A stretch of 64,000 nucleotides of DNA from Dehalococcoidia bacterium (GTDB taxonomy: Bacteria; Chloroflexota; Dehalococcoidia; Lucifugimonadales; CAUZJF01). Positions 28,865 to 39,196 of this stretch are shown here, one piece after another (positions within the stretch are counted from its first letter, which is position 1; every line of letters starts with the position of its first letter). The stretch is from assembly GCA_965197985.1 (NCBI GenBank), contig CBDAOG010000008.1, forward strand, positions 1,224,310 through 1,288,309. Reading direction: 5' to 3'. A program made the translations under genes and the position numbers. The notes under the pieces were generated by a model, which saw nothing but the letters and a program-made list of their open reading frames with translations, was not told the DNA's origin and ran no database searches.

Positions 28865-30523
28865 TCACCGCTCCGCTGGGCCGAACAGGTCCTCCACGTC
28901 GCGCTCCACCTGTGCCTTCAGTTCGACCGCGTCCTTGAAGCCGAACTCGCGGTACGAGTCGGGTGTCCCGTAGTCGCGAATGCGGACCACGACCGGCATC
29001 GGCAGAGCGTGGCCGAACGCCAGCGCTTGCTGCTTCGACTCCAGCCTCGAAAGCACGGTCCGTAGCTTGCGGTTCCCCGAAACCCCCGTTAGCACCGCGT
29101 TGACGTCGCCTTCGCTGTCCAGGAGGCACGTTATCTTGGTGCCGAGCTGGCTCATGACCTCGCTATCGATGCCGCTCGGGCGCTGGTCGACCACTAGTAG
29201 CGTCACGTTGTACTTGCGCATCTCGCGAGCGATGTTGCCGAAGATCGTCTGCTCGGCCACCGCGGGGGTGAGGAACTTGTGGGCCTCCTCGATTGTGATG
29301 ACGAGAGGCTGCGGCTCGTCGCTCTGTTTCCCTGCGGCCTGCTCTTTCCGTCGGACGTACCGCTCGTGGATGCGGCGGGTCAGCAGGTTCGCGACCAGAA
29401 TATAAGCGGCCAGGTTGCTGCCATAGCGACCGAACTCCAGGACTACGTGCATGCCCCGGTCCAGGTAGGTGAGTATCTGGTTGACCGAGTCGTGCGATGA
29501 CGCCTCGTCCATGAAGTCCAGCCGTTGCAGGCGCGCAAGCCGGTTGTGTAGCCTGGCCATCGCCTGTCCGTTGACCCCGACGTCGTTCGCAAGCTCGAAT
29601 AAGGGCTCGCGGCCTGTCAGCGACAGGAACTCGCGAAGCCATCCTTTTCCGCCGAAGTGGCGCTGCAACGCGTATGCGATATCGGCGGCGGCGTCGGACA
29701 GGTCGAGGGTCTCTCTGAGCATCTGGACGTCCTCGGGCTCGACCTCGTCGAATCCGATGCGGACGACGTAGTCCGGCGTGAGTCCCCGCCTACGCGAGCT
29801 CTCCTCGTCCAGCGAGAAAACCGCGACCTTCGACGAGAACAACTGCTTCAGCCCCTTCACCTCGTTGCCCGCCTCGCTGTAGCCCATCCATCCGTACTCG
29901 CTCTGCATGTCGAACACCAGATTGACGGCCGTGTCGCTCTGGAGGATCCCGGCCAGCAGCAGGCGCGTGAGGAAGGTCTTGCCGGTACCGCTCTTGCCGA
30001 ACACGCCGTTGCTGCGTTTGACGAACTCCTCCAGGTTGAGGCAGAGCTTGGCCTCCATGTCCAGCGGGCTCCCGATCCAGAACCTCTTTGCGTCCTCGCT
30101 GCCGAAGACCTGCTCGATGTCTTGTTCGGACGCCTGGGCGACCTTGGAGAAGTGGGAGGGCACCGTTTTGGCCGGCTGCGGGCCTTCCAGGATCACAGTC
30201 GGGTCCTCCGGGTCTCCCGTCGTCAGCATCGGCTCCACGGTGATGTTCCCGTAGGCCGAGGTGCCTGAGACGACCTCCGCTATGTACGGGTTGGAAACGT
30301 CGGGTGGCGTCGTAGCCAGGGTCGGGTCCGAGGCGCCTAAGGACACCTCCGTGACCACCCCGAAGAAGCGCATCCGCGCACCGTCGATGCTGACGAAGGT
30401 CCCGACCTTCACGTCCTCGGTGGAAGCGGCGCCGTCGAGCCGGACCTCGACGCCTTCCGTCAACGAGCCGCCGACGACCATGCCGAGATGCCGTGGCGCG
30501 TCCGGCCCGAGCCCGTCGGTCAT
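28865..30523 (-). CDS. herA: HerA-like ATPase (HAS barrel plus DUF87-type domain)
   Basis: GVFGKSGTGKT, FDMQSEYG, IEEAHKFL, AREMRKY, DQRPS. Confidence 0.85.
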   Translation of the reverse strand: MTDGLGPDAPRHLGMVVGGSLTEGVEVRLDGAASTEDVKVGTFVSIDGARMRFFGVVTEVSLGASDPTLATTPPDVSNPYIAEVVSGTSAYGNITVEPMLTTGDPEDPTVILEGPQPAKTVPSHFSKVAQASEQDIEQVFGSEDAKRFWIGSPLDMEAKLCLNLEEFVKRSNGVFGKSGTGKTFLTRLLLAGILQSDTAVNLVFDMQSEYGWMGYSEAGNEVKGLKQLFSSKVAVFSLDEESSRRRGLTPDYVVRIGFDEVEPEDVQMLRETLDLSDAAADIAYALQRHFGGKGWLREFLSLTGREPLFELANDVGVNGQAMARLHNRLARLQRLDFMDEASSHDSVNQILTYLDRGMHVVLEFGRYGSNLAAYILVANLLTRRIHERYVRRKEQAAGKQSDEPQPLVITIEEAHKFLTPAVAEQTIFGNIAREMRKYNVTLLVVDQRPSGIDSEVMSQLGTKITCLLDSEGDVNAVLTGVSGNRKLRTVLSRLESKQQALAFGHALPMPVVVRIRDYGTPDSYREFGFKDAVELKAQVERDVEDLFGPAER

Positions 30524-31125
30524 GACGTCAGCCTCGTGAGGACCCCGTTGAGACGCTGTAGCTGCCCGGTCAGCAGTTTGGCCAGATCTCTACCGGCGTC
30601 GACGAGGAACCTCTCCGGGTCCGGGTGGGCCGTACTCGCAAGCCGCAAGAACGACGAAACGACGTCGTCCTGGGAGCCGAAGGGCGCGGCCAGCAGAAGC
30701 GGGACGAAGTCCAGCGACCCGCTGAACTCGACGACCTCTTCGGGTACGCACGGGAACACCGACGAGTGGATCTTAGGAGGCAACGGCGCCAGGTAGCGGT
30801 GGAGCGTCCCGTCGACGCGGTAGCCGACCACCACGGACCTGAACTCCGTAGCCAGGAGCCTGGTAAGCTGTGGATTGCGCTCGTACACTGCCTCAGACGT
30901 CTCGTCGTGCCGGCCCATGGCCATGGCGCGCCGTCCGGGGTCGATGCTCTGGGTCGCGACCTCGCCCACGATCGCGTATATGGCGTCGGCGCCCTCGCTC
31001 TTGACCAGGGTGCCCAGTACCGGGGCGCCGTAGAGCTCACGGCATTGCGTTAGGTACTCGGTCGTCGACGCAGCCACGACCTCGCCGACGGGGCCAAACG
31101 ACTCAGCTTCGATCGGCTCGTTCAT
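30520..31125 (-). CDS. HAS-barrel domain protein
   Basis: GEVVAASTTE...G.LVK...PPKIHS; overlaps herA start. Confidence 0.75.
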   Translation of the reverse strand: MNEPIEAESFGPVGEVVAASTTEYLTQCRELYGAPVLGTLVKSEGADAIYAIVGEVATQSIDPGRRAMAMGRHDETSEAVYERNPQLTRLLATEFRSVVVGYRVDGTLHRYLAPLPPKIHSSVFPCVPEEVVEFSGSLDFVPLLLAAPFGSQDDVVSSFLRLASTAHPDPERFLVDAGRDLAKLLTGQLQRLNGVLTRLTS

Positions 31126-31652
31126 TCCTTGACCCGCGCCATGAAGTACGCGTCGACATACTCGCCGTCTCGGAAGGCGTAGTCGCGATGGGTGCCCTCA
31201 GTGACGAAACCGAACTTCTCGTAGAGATGGACTGCCCTGGCGTTGTCGGTAAATACCGTAAGCTCCACTCGTTTCAGGTTGAGCCAGTTGTCCGCCGTGT
31301 CGAGCGCCGCCTCCATCAGCGCGGTGCCGGCCCCCTTCCCCTGAAAGTCGTCGTGGACGCCCATCCCGATCTGGGCGACATGGGCCCGGCGCGCCTTCTG
31401 GCGGTGCAGTCCAAGTGTCCCTACGACTCGGCCTTCCACCTCGGCGACCAGGAGATGATCGTCGGGCGACAGATCCTCGATGAACTTCCTTCGTCTGTCC
31501 ACTGAAACGTAGGGCAGCTGAAGAGTGTCTCGATAGACTCCAGGGCTCGCGGCAACATCATAGGCGTCGAGATAGTCGTCAACGCGTGCCGCGCGGACTG
31601 TAATGCCTTCCACGTCGTACCCCTCTGGATAGTGGGTCGGAGTATACAGCAA
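31122..31652 (-). CDS. GNAT N-acetyltransferase (YhhY-like)
   Basis: GMGVHDDFQGKGAG, DNWLNL.RVELTVF.DN..A..LYEKFGF. Confidence 0.88.
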   Translation of the reverse strand: MLYTPTHYPEGYDVEGITVRAARVDDYLDAYDVAASPGVYRDTLQLPYVSVDRRRKFIEDLSPDDHLLVAEVEGRVVGTLGLHRQKARRAHVAQIGMGVHDDFQGKGAGTALMEAALDTADNWLNLKRVELTVFTDNARAVHLYEKFGFVTEGTHRDYAFRDGEYVDAYFMARVKE

Positions 31653-31674
31653 GGCGGCCCTACGGCCGGACGCC

Positions 31675-33042
31675 CTATCCGTGCTGGAGTTCGCCGAACG
31701 CGCGCTGCACTACCTCGGGCAGGGCCGGATGCACGTAGATGGACTGGGTAATAGCGTCCGTCGTCAGGTGCTGCCGCATGGCGTTCGCGACCTCCTGAAT
31801 CAGGACCGACGCATCGGTCCCGATGATGTGGCAGCCGAGTATCTCCTCGGTCTCGTGGTTCGCCAGCACCTTCACGAATCCGTCTCGGTCCTCGACCGAC
31901 TCGCCGTAGGCCGTGTCGTAGTAGTCGTAGGTACCGGCCGCGTAAGGGATTCCCTGCTCCTCGGCCTCGCGCTCCGTCAGGCCCACGCTGGCGACCTGCG
32001 GTGACGAGAAGATGGCCGCAGGCATCGCCGTGTAGTCCACGGCTACCTGGTTGTCGCGGTTGAACATATTGTGGCTGGCGTACGCCGCCTCGAGGTTGGC
32101 GCTGTGCTTCAACAGGTACCGCCCCACGATGTCGCCGAGGGCCCAGATGCCGGGTACGTTCGTCTCAAGGTGGTCGTTGGTCTTGACGAACCCGCGGTCG
32201 TCTACCTCGACACCGGCTGCGCTAACGTCAAGCCGGTCGGTGTTCGGTGTCCTTCCGGTGGCGAGAAGCAGTACGTCTGTCTCGATTTGTCTCGTCTGCC
32301 CGTCTACAGACACGTCCAACCCAATCGAATCCCCTGCCGGATAGGCCCGCGCGATCTGTGCGTTAAGCAGAAGGTTGAGCTTCCGGTCGAACACCTCCGT
32401 GAACCTGGTCCCAATCTGCTCGTCCTGTGTCCTGAGCAGACGCGGGCCGCGGTATACCATCGTGACTTCGGTACCGAGCGCGCCGAAAAAGTGGGCCATC
32501 TCGGCCGCGATGTACCCCCCGCCCACGACAGCGAGCCTTCGCGGCTGCTCCATGAGCCGCATCGCGTCGTCGGACGTAACATACTCGACGTCAGACAGGC
32601 CGGGAATCTCTGGAATCGACGGCCGCGTCCCCGCCGCGATCAGCAGGGTCTCGGCCGTGATCTCTTCGTTGCCGACCCGAAGCGTCTTCGGCCCGACGAA
32701 CCTGGCGCTCTGTCTGTAGACCGAGACGCTGGGATCCTGCTGGTTCGCTTCTTCCATTTCTTCGGATTCGCGGTCGATCTGATCGAAGACGCGTTTGACG
32801 ATGCCCTGCCAGTCGACGCCTTCGACCCTCACGCTGATCCCAAAGGCGCCGGCGCCCTGAATAGTCTCCATCACGTCGGCGCTGTGGATCAGCATCTTCG
32901 ACGGGATGCAGCCCCGGTTGTGGCAGGTCCCGCCGAAGGGCCCCTCTTCCATGATCGCCACCGACATCCCAGCGGCCGACGCGTCCGCTGCCACGTCGAG
33001 CCCCGAACCAGTCCCGATCACGATAAGGTCGAAGCTTCGCAC
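31675..33042 (-). CDS. Class I pyridine nucleotide-disulfide oxidoreductase (dihydrolipoamide dehydrogenase / mycothione reductase-like)
   Basis: GGTCHNRGCIPSK, GGGYIAAE, HPALPE. Confidence 0.88.
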   Translation of the reverse strand: MRSFDLIVIGTGSGLDVAADASAAGMSVAIMEEGPFGGTCHNRGCIPSKMLIHSADVMETIQGAGAFGISVRVEGVDWQGIVKRVFDQIDRESEEMEEANQQDPSVSVYRQSARFVGPKTLRVGNEEITAETLLIAAGTRPSIPEIPGLSDVEYVTSDDAMRLMEQPRRLAVVGGGYIAAEMAHFFGALGTEVTMVYRGPRLLRTQDEQIGTRFTEVFDRKLNLLLNAQIARAYPAGDSIGLDVSVDGQTRQIETDVLLLATGRTPNTDRLDVSAAGVEVDDRGFVKTNDHLETNVPGIWALGDIVGRYLLKHSANLEAAYASHNMFNRDNQVAVDYTAMPAAIFSSPQVASVGLTEREAEEQGIPYAAGTYDYYDTAYGESVEDRDGFVKVLANHETEEILGCHIIGTDASVLIQEVANAMRQHLTTDAITQSIYVHPALPEVVQRAFGELQHG

Positions 33043-33203
33043 GATACTCTCCTCGGTCTGCTCGTTCGGGTCAACTGCCAGCGCAGCCCATCATACAGCC
33101 TGCATTAAAGACCACGCCTACTGGGGACAGTTACGGGACAGAAAAAAGCAGACGGCACCCCATATCGGATGCCGTCTGACAGACGAATGATGCGCGTACT
33201 GTT

Positions 33204-35648
33204 CTACGAAGCTGCGGCCACCGCCGCCTCCGCCTTCGCGAACGTGAGCCCGTCCTCACCGGCATCGACTTCGATCCGATCGCCCGCTACGAACTCCTTC
33301 GCGAGCACCCGCTTCGACAGCGGGTTCTCGACGTACCGTATCACGGCCCTACGAAGCGGCCTCGCCCCGTAGACCTTGTCAAACCCTTCGCGGGCCAGCC
33401 ACTCCGTGGCGGCGGGTGTGAGCGAGATGTTGATCTCGTGCTCGGCGAGCCGCTCCTCCACCTCACCTACCATGAGCCCGACGATGTCGTGTATCTGCTC
33501 CGGCGTCAGCGAATCGAAGATGATTATCTCGTCGACCCGGTTAAGGAACTCCGGCCTGAATGTCCGCTTCAGAGCGTCCTCGATCGAAGACCGCAACCTG
33601 ACCGAGTCCGGCTCCGCAGCGCCGCGCAAGAAGCCCAGCGGCTCGCGCCCGTCCTCGCCCGTGCCAAGGTTGCTCGTCATTACCACCAGCGTGTTGCGGA
33701 AGTCCACAGTCCGGCCGTGCCCGTCGGTCAGCCGACCGTCCTCCAGAATCTGAAGCAGGATGCCGAACACGTCGGGGTGGGCCTTCTCGATCTCGTCGAA
33801 CAAGATCACCCGGAACGGGCGACGCCGGACCGCCTCGGTCAGTTGGCCGCCCTCGTCGAATCCGACGTAACCGGGAGGCGCGCCGATCAGACGAGAGACC
33901 GTGTGCTTCTCCATGAACTCTGACATGTCCACCCGGACCATGTTCTCCTCGTCGTCAAACAGATACTGGGCCAGCGCCCGCGCCAGCTCGGTCTTGCCGA
34001 CTCCGGTCGGGCCCAGGAATATGAAGCTACCGATGGGCCTGTTCGGGTCACTGAGGCCGGCCCTGGCCCGTCGTACGGCATCGGAGACAGCCTTTATGGC
34101 CGACGCCTGCCCAACCACGCGCTCGTGGAGCCGGTCTTCCATATGAAGCAGCCGGTCCGCCTCGCTCTCCAGCAGCCTGTCGACTGGGACGCCGGTCCAT
34201 GACGCTATCAGGCTTCCAATGTCGTCCGCGTCCACGACCATGTCGAGGTCGTGCTCTTCCGCGAAGGCCGCCCTTTCGCTTTCAAACTGCTTCCGAAGCC
34301 GGGTCCTCTCGGTGCGAATCTCCGCGGCGCGTTCGAAGTCACCTCGCTGCGACGCGGCTTCCTCCTCGTTTTCCTGCTGTTGAAGCTGCTTCTCCATCTC
34401 TTTGAGCTCTTCCGGCAAACTCTGAACGTCCATGCGTATCTTGCTTGCCGCCTCGTCGATCAGGTCGACAGCCTTATCTGGCAGGAGACGCTCGGTGATG
34501 TAGCGCTTGCTCAGTCGCGCCGCAGCCTCCAGTCCGGCGTCGGTGACATTGACCTTATGGTGGGCCTCGTAGCGTGGGCGCAACGCGTGAAGCATCTCGA
34601 TTGCCGTCTCGACGTCTGGCTCCTCGACGAGGATAGGCTGGAAGCGGCGTTCCAGGGCCGAATCTTTTTCGATGTAGTTGCGGTACTCGGCTTCCGTAGT
34701 CGCCCCGATGCATTGAAGCTCACCCCGAGCGAGGGCCGGCTTCATCATGTTGCTCGCGTCGATGGCGCCTTCGGCTGCGCCAGCCCCAACGACCGTGTGC
34801 ATCTCGTCGATGAACAACACGATCTCGCCCTGGGCCTGTTTGATCTCGTCCAGGACCGCCTTCAGCCGTTCTTCGAACTCGCCGCGGAACTTACTCCCCG
34901 CGACCATCGAGCCCATCTCCAGGGCCAGCACCCGCCGACCCTCCAGCTCTTCAGGAACGTCACCGGACACGATGCGCTGGGCCAGACCCTCGGCGATGGC
35001 CGTCTTGCCGACGCCTGCTCCGCCTACCAATACGGGATTGTTCTTGGTGCGGCGGATAAGGGTCTGCATGGCGCGGGCGATCTCGGCGTCCCGGCCGATG
35101 ACGGGGTCGAGTTCGCCGGCGCGTGCCAGCTCCGTCAGGTCGACACTATACTTCTCCAGCGAGCGGTAGTGGCTCTCGGCACGCTGGTCTGTGACGCGGT
35201 GCCCGCCTCGTACGCTCTGGAGGGCCTGGTAGACCTTTTCCAGGTCAACCCCGAACTCGGAGAGCACCTTCGCCGCGTCGCCTTTGTCCTCTTGCACAAC
35301 CGCGACCAGAAGGTGTTCGGAGCCGATGAACTCGTCGTTGAGCCGTTCAGACTCCGTCCTGGCGCGCTCTAGGACACCCGATGCTCGAGGAGTGACGTAG
35401 ATCTGGGGTGACTCGTAGGCCGTCTTGGGCGCCTGCTCGAGGAGGGCGTCAACTCGGGTGCGGAGCTCCGGAACCGCGACCCCCAGGGTGCGCAGTATCT
35501 CTGCTGGCACGCTGTCGTCTTGCTCCAGTAGAGCCATCAATATGTGCTCGACGTCCCATTGGGTATGATTGTATCGACGCATAATCTCCTGGGAGCGTCC
35601 AATGACCTCCTGCGCCTTCTCCGTGAAGTCGTCTTGCTTCATTACCAT
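33204..35648 (-). CDS. clpC: ATP-dependent Clp protease ATPase subunit, ClpC-like
   Basis: Clp-N repeats, two AAA modules ([15 protein letters not shown]), short middle coil, LGF docking loop. Confidence 0.85.
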   Translation of the reverse strand: MVMKQDDFTEKAQEVIGRSQEIMRRYNHTQWDVEHILMALLEQDDSVPAEILRTLGVAVPELRTRVDALLEQAPKTAYESPQIYVTPRASGVLERARTESERLNDEFIGSEHLLVAVVQEDKGDAAKVLSEFGVDLEKVYQALQSVRGGHRVTDQRAESHYRSLEKYSVDLTELARAGELDPVIGRDAEIARAMQTLIRRTKNNPVLVGGAGVGKTAIAEGLAQRIVSGDVPEELEGRRVLALEMGSMVAGSKFRGEFEERLKAVLDEIKQAQGEIVLFIDEMHTVVGAGAAEGAIDASNMMKPALARGELQCIGATTEAEYRNYIEKDSALERRFQPILVEEPDVETAIEMLHALRPRYEAHHKVNVTDAGLEAAARLSKRYITERLLPDKAVDLIDEAASKIRMDVQSLPEELKEMEKQLQQQENEEEAASQRGDFERAAEIRTERTRLRKQFESERAAFAEEHDLDMVVDADDIGSLIASWTGVPVDRLLESEADRLLHMEDRLHERVVGQASAIKAVSDAVRRARAGLSDPNRPIGSFIFLGPTGVGKTELARALAQYLFDDEENMVRVDMSEFMEKHTVSRLIGAPPGYVGFDEGGQLTEAVRRRPFRVILFDEIEKAHPDVFGILLQILEDGRLTDGHGRTVDFRNTLVVMTSNLGTGEDGREPLGFLRGAAEPDSVRLRSSIEDALKRTFRPEFLNRVDEIIIFDSLTPEQIHDIVGLMVGEVEERLAEHEINISLTPAATEWLAREGFDKVYGARPLRRAVIRYVENPLSKRVLAKEFVAGDRIEVDAGEDGLTFAKAEAAVAAAS

Positions 35649-35862
35649 TGCGAAGCTACCTCTGTGTAGACTGGTTGTCGACGTACAGTTAGATGCGACC
35701 GGCCAAGTGGTGGGTGCCCCATCTTCTACCGAATACTTTACATGACTTCATGCTTATTTGCAAGTAAACATGAGCCGATACGTATCAACTAGCCTGCCAT
35801 TAGCACGCTGCTCCGGCTCCGCGTATACTCGTGACCGACGCTTGTTCAAAGGATAGAAGCTA

Positions 35863-36843
35863 ATGACACTCTCGCTGTGTATCGTAGGATGTGGCAGCTT
35901 CGCCCGGACGGTGGTTGAGGAGGTCCTAGGCGTGGAAGGGGTCGATCTGCTGTTCGCGAGCCGCGACGCCGGAAAGGCGAGGGCGTTCAGCGAGGAGTTC
36001 GGCGGCGTTGGCCACTTCGGCAGCTACGAGGACGCCGCTCGAGACCCTCGAGTCGACGCGATGTACTTCTTCACCCCCCACGATCTCCACCTCGACAACG
36101 CTCGCCTGGCCGCCAGGCACTCCAAGCATATCCTAATGGAAAAGCCCATCGCCCGTACGATCGCCGAGGCACGCGAGATGATCAGCATCGCCGCCGAGGC
36201 CGGCGTCCGTCTCATGGTGGCCGAGAACTACAGGTTCCTTCCGGCCGTCGAGAAATGCAAAGAGCTGTTGGCAGACGGCGTCATAGGCGACTTGAGAATG
36301 GTGCAATACCAGCACGAGGGGTACGCCGAGCAGCTCGCGTGGCGCACCAGCGTCGAATCGACGGGTGGCGGTGTGTTCATTGACGGTGGCATCCACGCCG
36401 TAAACGCTATCGTCAACATCGGCGGCCTCCCAACCGAGGTGTTCGCGGCCGTGCCACCGAAAACGCTTGAGACCGAGGGCGAAGATGGCATAGTCGTCAC
36501 CATGCGCCTGCCAGGCGACGCCGTCGGTCTACTCAACTACTCCAGCGCGACGCCCGGGGCCGGGCTGACCCGTTGGTTGAACGTGACCGGCACAAAGGGG
36601 CAAATACGCAACGACCCCTTCGGCACCGAGATGACCCTGCGCACGAACAAGGGCGACGAGACGATCATGTTGCGGGACGAAGGCAGAGGCTCCCGAGGAA
36701 TCGTCCGCGAGTTCCGTGACGCGATCAGCCAAAGCCGCGAACCCGTGATGTCGGGCGAGGAAGGCTTGACGGACCTCGCGGTTGTGCTCGCCGCCTACCG
36801 CTCGGCGGAGTCGGGCGCTCCGGCCGCCGTGTCGCTGGACTGA
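35863..36843 (+). CDS. Gfo/Idh/MocA oxidoreductase
   Basis: IVGCG, MEKPIA, GGGVFIDGGIH. Confidence 0.9.
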   Translation: MTLSLCIVGCGSFARTVVEEVLGVEGVDLLFASRDAGKARAFSEEFGGVGHFGSYEDAARDPRVDAMYFFTPHDLHLDNARLAARHSKHILMEKPIARTIAEAREMISIAAEAGVRLMVAENYRFLPAVEKCKELLADGVIGDLRMVQYQHEGYAEQLAWRTSVESTGGGVFIDGGIHAVNAIVNIGGLPTEVFAAVPPKTLETEGEDGIVVTMRLPGDAVGLLNYSSATPGAGLTRWLNVTGTKGQIRNDPFGTEMTLRTNKGDETIMLRDEGRGSRGIVREFRDAISQSREPVMSGEEGLTDLAVVLAAYRSAESGAPAAVSLD

Positions 36844-36866
36844 TAGGTTGGCATCCCAAACAAATC

Positions 36867-36932
36867 GAGCGGACACGTAGATCCGTCCCTACAACCACGA
36901 CCCGCTGTAGGGGCAATCCTGTGTGATTGCCC
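36867..36932. repeat. Inverted doublet of GTAG-type REPs between convergent genes
   Basis: gagcggacacgtagatccgtccctaca ... tgtaggggcaatcctgtgtgattgccc. Confidence 0.65.
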
Positions 36933-36988
36933 GCTCGGCTATGTCTCTACTACGACCACCCGCTCGGCTATGTCTCTACTACGACCAC
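36931..36988. repeat. 29-bp tandem duplication of the prmC 3' end
   Basis: ccgctcggctatgtctctactacgaccac twice. Confidence 0.9.
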
Positions 36989-37852
36989 CCGCGGCAGGCC
37001 AAGCAGGTCCCGGTCGAAGGCCACTGCCGCGGAGGGAAACGCCTGTTGCGCGATACCCAGTACGTCCTCAAGCTGCTCAGGCGCGATCTCGACCAGCACC
37101 TGGCCCGGTTGGTTCAGGTAGGCCGGCGCTTCCATGAGCAGCCTCTCGGTGACTCGCAGCCCATCCGGGCCACCGTCGAGCGCCGATTGCGGCTCGCGTC
37201 GCACGTCGGGCGGCAGGTCCGCGAGGTCGCCCGCCGCTATGTACGGTGGGTTCGACACGATGACGTCGTATCTGACCTCCTCTCCCTTTGGGAGAGGATT
37301 GAGGTGAGGGCGAATCTGCACCGCCGAAAACAGGTCGCCTAGGAGCAATCGTACTCGCTCAGCGACACCGTGGCGCCGCCGGTTCACGTCCGCGACCTCC
37401 AGAGCCGCCTCGCTCAGGTCCGTTGCGTAGAGAGTGGCCTCCGGAAGTCTGCTCGCCAGCGCCACGGCGATTGCGCCGCTGCCGGTGCCCACGTCGGCTA
37501 TGGTCTTCGGCTGTCCTGAACGACGGTCCGCGAACTCCAAGACCTTGTCGACCAGTAGCTCCGTCTCTTGCCTGGGAACGAGCACATGCTCGCTGACGCA
37601 CATCTCTAGCCCGTAGAACTCGCGACTTCCAAGGATGTAGGCAAGCGGTTCCCCTGCCGCACGCCGCAAGGCAAGGCCGTCGATGGACGCGAGCTCACGG
37701 GTGCCGAGTTGGCGGTCCAGCTCGGCGAAGAACCGGGTTCGATCGTGGCAGAGGCCATGTCGAATTAGCGTCTCAGCCTCAATGCTTGCGTCGGCCACAC
37801 CCCGGTCGGCCAGGTCGTTCCGGACCCGCACCCACGACTCACGTACCTTCAC
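36968..37852 (-). CDS. prmC: Release factor glutamine methyltransferase, with internal insertion
   Basis: GEPLAYILG, PRQETE, DVGTGSG, SNPPY, ALDGGPDG. Confidence 0.95.
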   Translation of the reverse strand: MKVRESWVRVRNDLADRGVADASIEAETLIRHGLCHDRTRFFAELDRQLGTRELASIDGLALRRAAGEPLAYILGSREFYGLEMCVSEHVLVPRQETELLVDKVLEFADRRSGQPKTIADVGTGSGAIAVALASRLPEATLYATDLSEAALEVADVNRRRHGVAERVRLLLGDLFSAVQIRPHLNPLPKGEEVRYDVIVSNPPYIAAGDLADLPPDVRREPQSALDGGPDGLRVTERLLMEAPAYLNQPGQVLVEIAPEQLEDVLGIAQQAFPSAAVAFDRDLLGLPRVVVVET

Positions 37853-38949
37853 AGCCCGGCCTGTTCGAGCTTCAGGGCCTGCTCCTGTGCAAGGAGCGCC
37901 TCCACGAAGTCGTCCAGGTCGCCGTCGAGGATCTCGCTCATGTTATGTTTCGTAAAGTTAGCCCTGTGGTCCGTGACGCGGTCTTGCGGAAAGTTGTAGG
38001 TCCGGACGCGGTCGGAGCGGTCTCCGGACCCCACCTGGGTGCGCCGCTCCTCGGTAATCTCTTGCTGCTGGCGCTCGATCTCCCGCGCTAGAATGCGAGA
38101 CCGGAGCACCGCCATCGCCTTCTCTTTGTTCTTCAGCTGCGACCGCTCGTCCTGGCAAACAGCTACGATGCCCGTCGGCGTGTGCGTAATGCGCACCGCC
38201 GTCGCGACTTTTTGGACATTCTGCCCACCGTGGCCACTCGAGTGGAAGATATCGATGTTCAGGTCGTTCGAATCGATTTCCACGTCGACCTCTTCGGCCT
38301 CCGGTAGCACGGCAACGGTCGCCGAGGACGTATGTATCCGGCCTCCCGACTCGGTCACGGGTATCCGTTGTACCCGATGGCCGCCGCTCTCGTGCTTCAG
38401 CCGACTGTAGGAGCCGTCGCCCTTGACCTGAAAGACCATCTCCTTGATGCCGCCGATCCCCGTCTCGTTGCTATCGATGACCTCCGTCTTCCATCCGTTC
38501 CGCTGGGCGTACCTGGTGTACATCCGAAAGAGGTCGTTGGCGAACAGGCCGGCCTCGTCGCCCCCGGTCCCTGCTCGTATCTCCATGATGACGTTCTTCT
38601 CGTCGTTGGGGTCCCTGGGCAGGAGCTCGACGCGCAGCTCTTCTTCTATCTCTCGTTTCCGCTCTTCCAACTCCTCGAGCTCCTGGCGGGCCAATGCCGC
38701 TATCTCACGGTCCGAATCGTCTCGTGAGATCGCGGTTGCCTCGTCCATGTCTTTGGTGACTGCAGAGTAGTCCCGGGATAGCGAGACCAGCCGCTTGAAC
38801 GAGGCATGTTCCTTCGCCAGGACCTGGACCCGCGTGTAGTCCTTCGAGACCTCTGGATCGGACAGAAGACGCTCGACCTCCGCCGAGCGCTGCTCGACCG
38901 AGGCTAGCTTTTCTATCAGTGGGTTGTCGTTCTTTCCATTCGCAGGCAT
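37849..38949 (-). CDS. prfA: Peptide chain release factor 1
   Basis: EIRAGTGGDEA, PVT motif, GGQ, RTYNFPQ. Confidence 0.96.
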   Translation of the reverse strand: MPANGKNDNPLIEKLASVEQRSAEVERLLSDPEVSKDYTRVQVLAKEHASFKRLVSLSRDYSAVTKDMDEATAISRDDSDREIAALARQELEELEERKREIEEELRVELLPRDPNDEKNVIMEIRAGTGGDEAGLFANDLFRMYTRYAQRNGWKTEVIDSNETGIGGIKEMVFQVKGDGSYSRLKHESGGHRVQRIPVTESGGRIHTSSATVAVLPEAEEVDVEIDSNDLNIDIFHSSGHGGQNVQKVATAVRITHTPTGIVAVCQDERSQLKNKEKAMAVLRSRILAREIERQQQEITEERRTQVGSGDRSDRVRTYNFPQDRVTDHRANFTKHNMSEILDGDLDDFVEALLAQEQALKLEQAGL

Positions 38950-39196
38950 AGCGGAATCCAGTATAGCATCGGCGTTGATCCGCGAGAGCTGGATCGATGT
39001 CGCGTCCGGCTGGTACCGGCAGGGGACTAAAGGGGTCGGCTGCGTACTTCACGACAGGTCAGCCCGTTGCACCGTCCGCGCCGAGTCCGGTCGAAGTACC
39101 CAAATATCGTTAGTGCCGAGCCCAGTCGAGGCACCCTGATAACGACCCAGCCTCGTGTGCGGTAACATGTCCCCACTCACATTGAGGTGAAGTTCC

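Noticed and set aside
35765-35830. HAIR-like or CIRCE-like operator upstream of clpC
   Set aside because: Only a degenerate HAIR-like string and a half CIRCE (ttagcac); too weak to call.
36931-36988. Possible mini CRISPR array
   Set aside because: Two abutting copies with no spacer, identical to the prmC 3' end.
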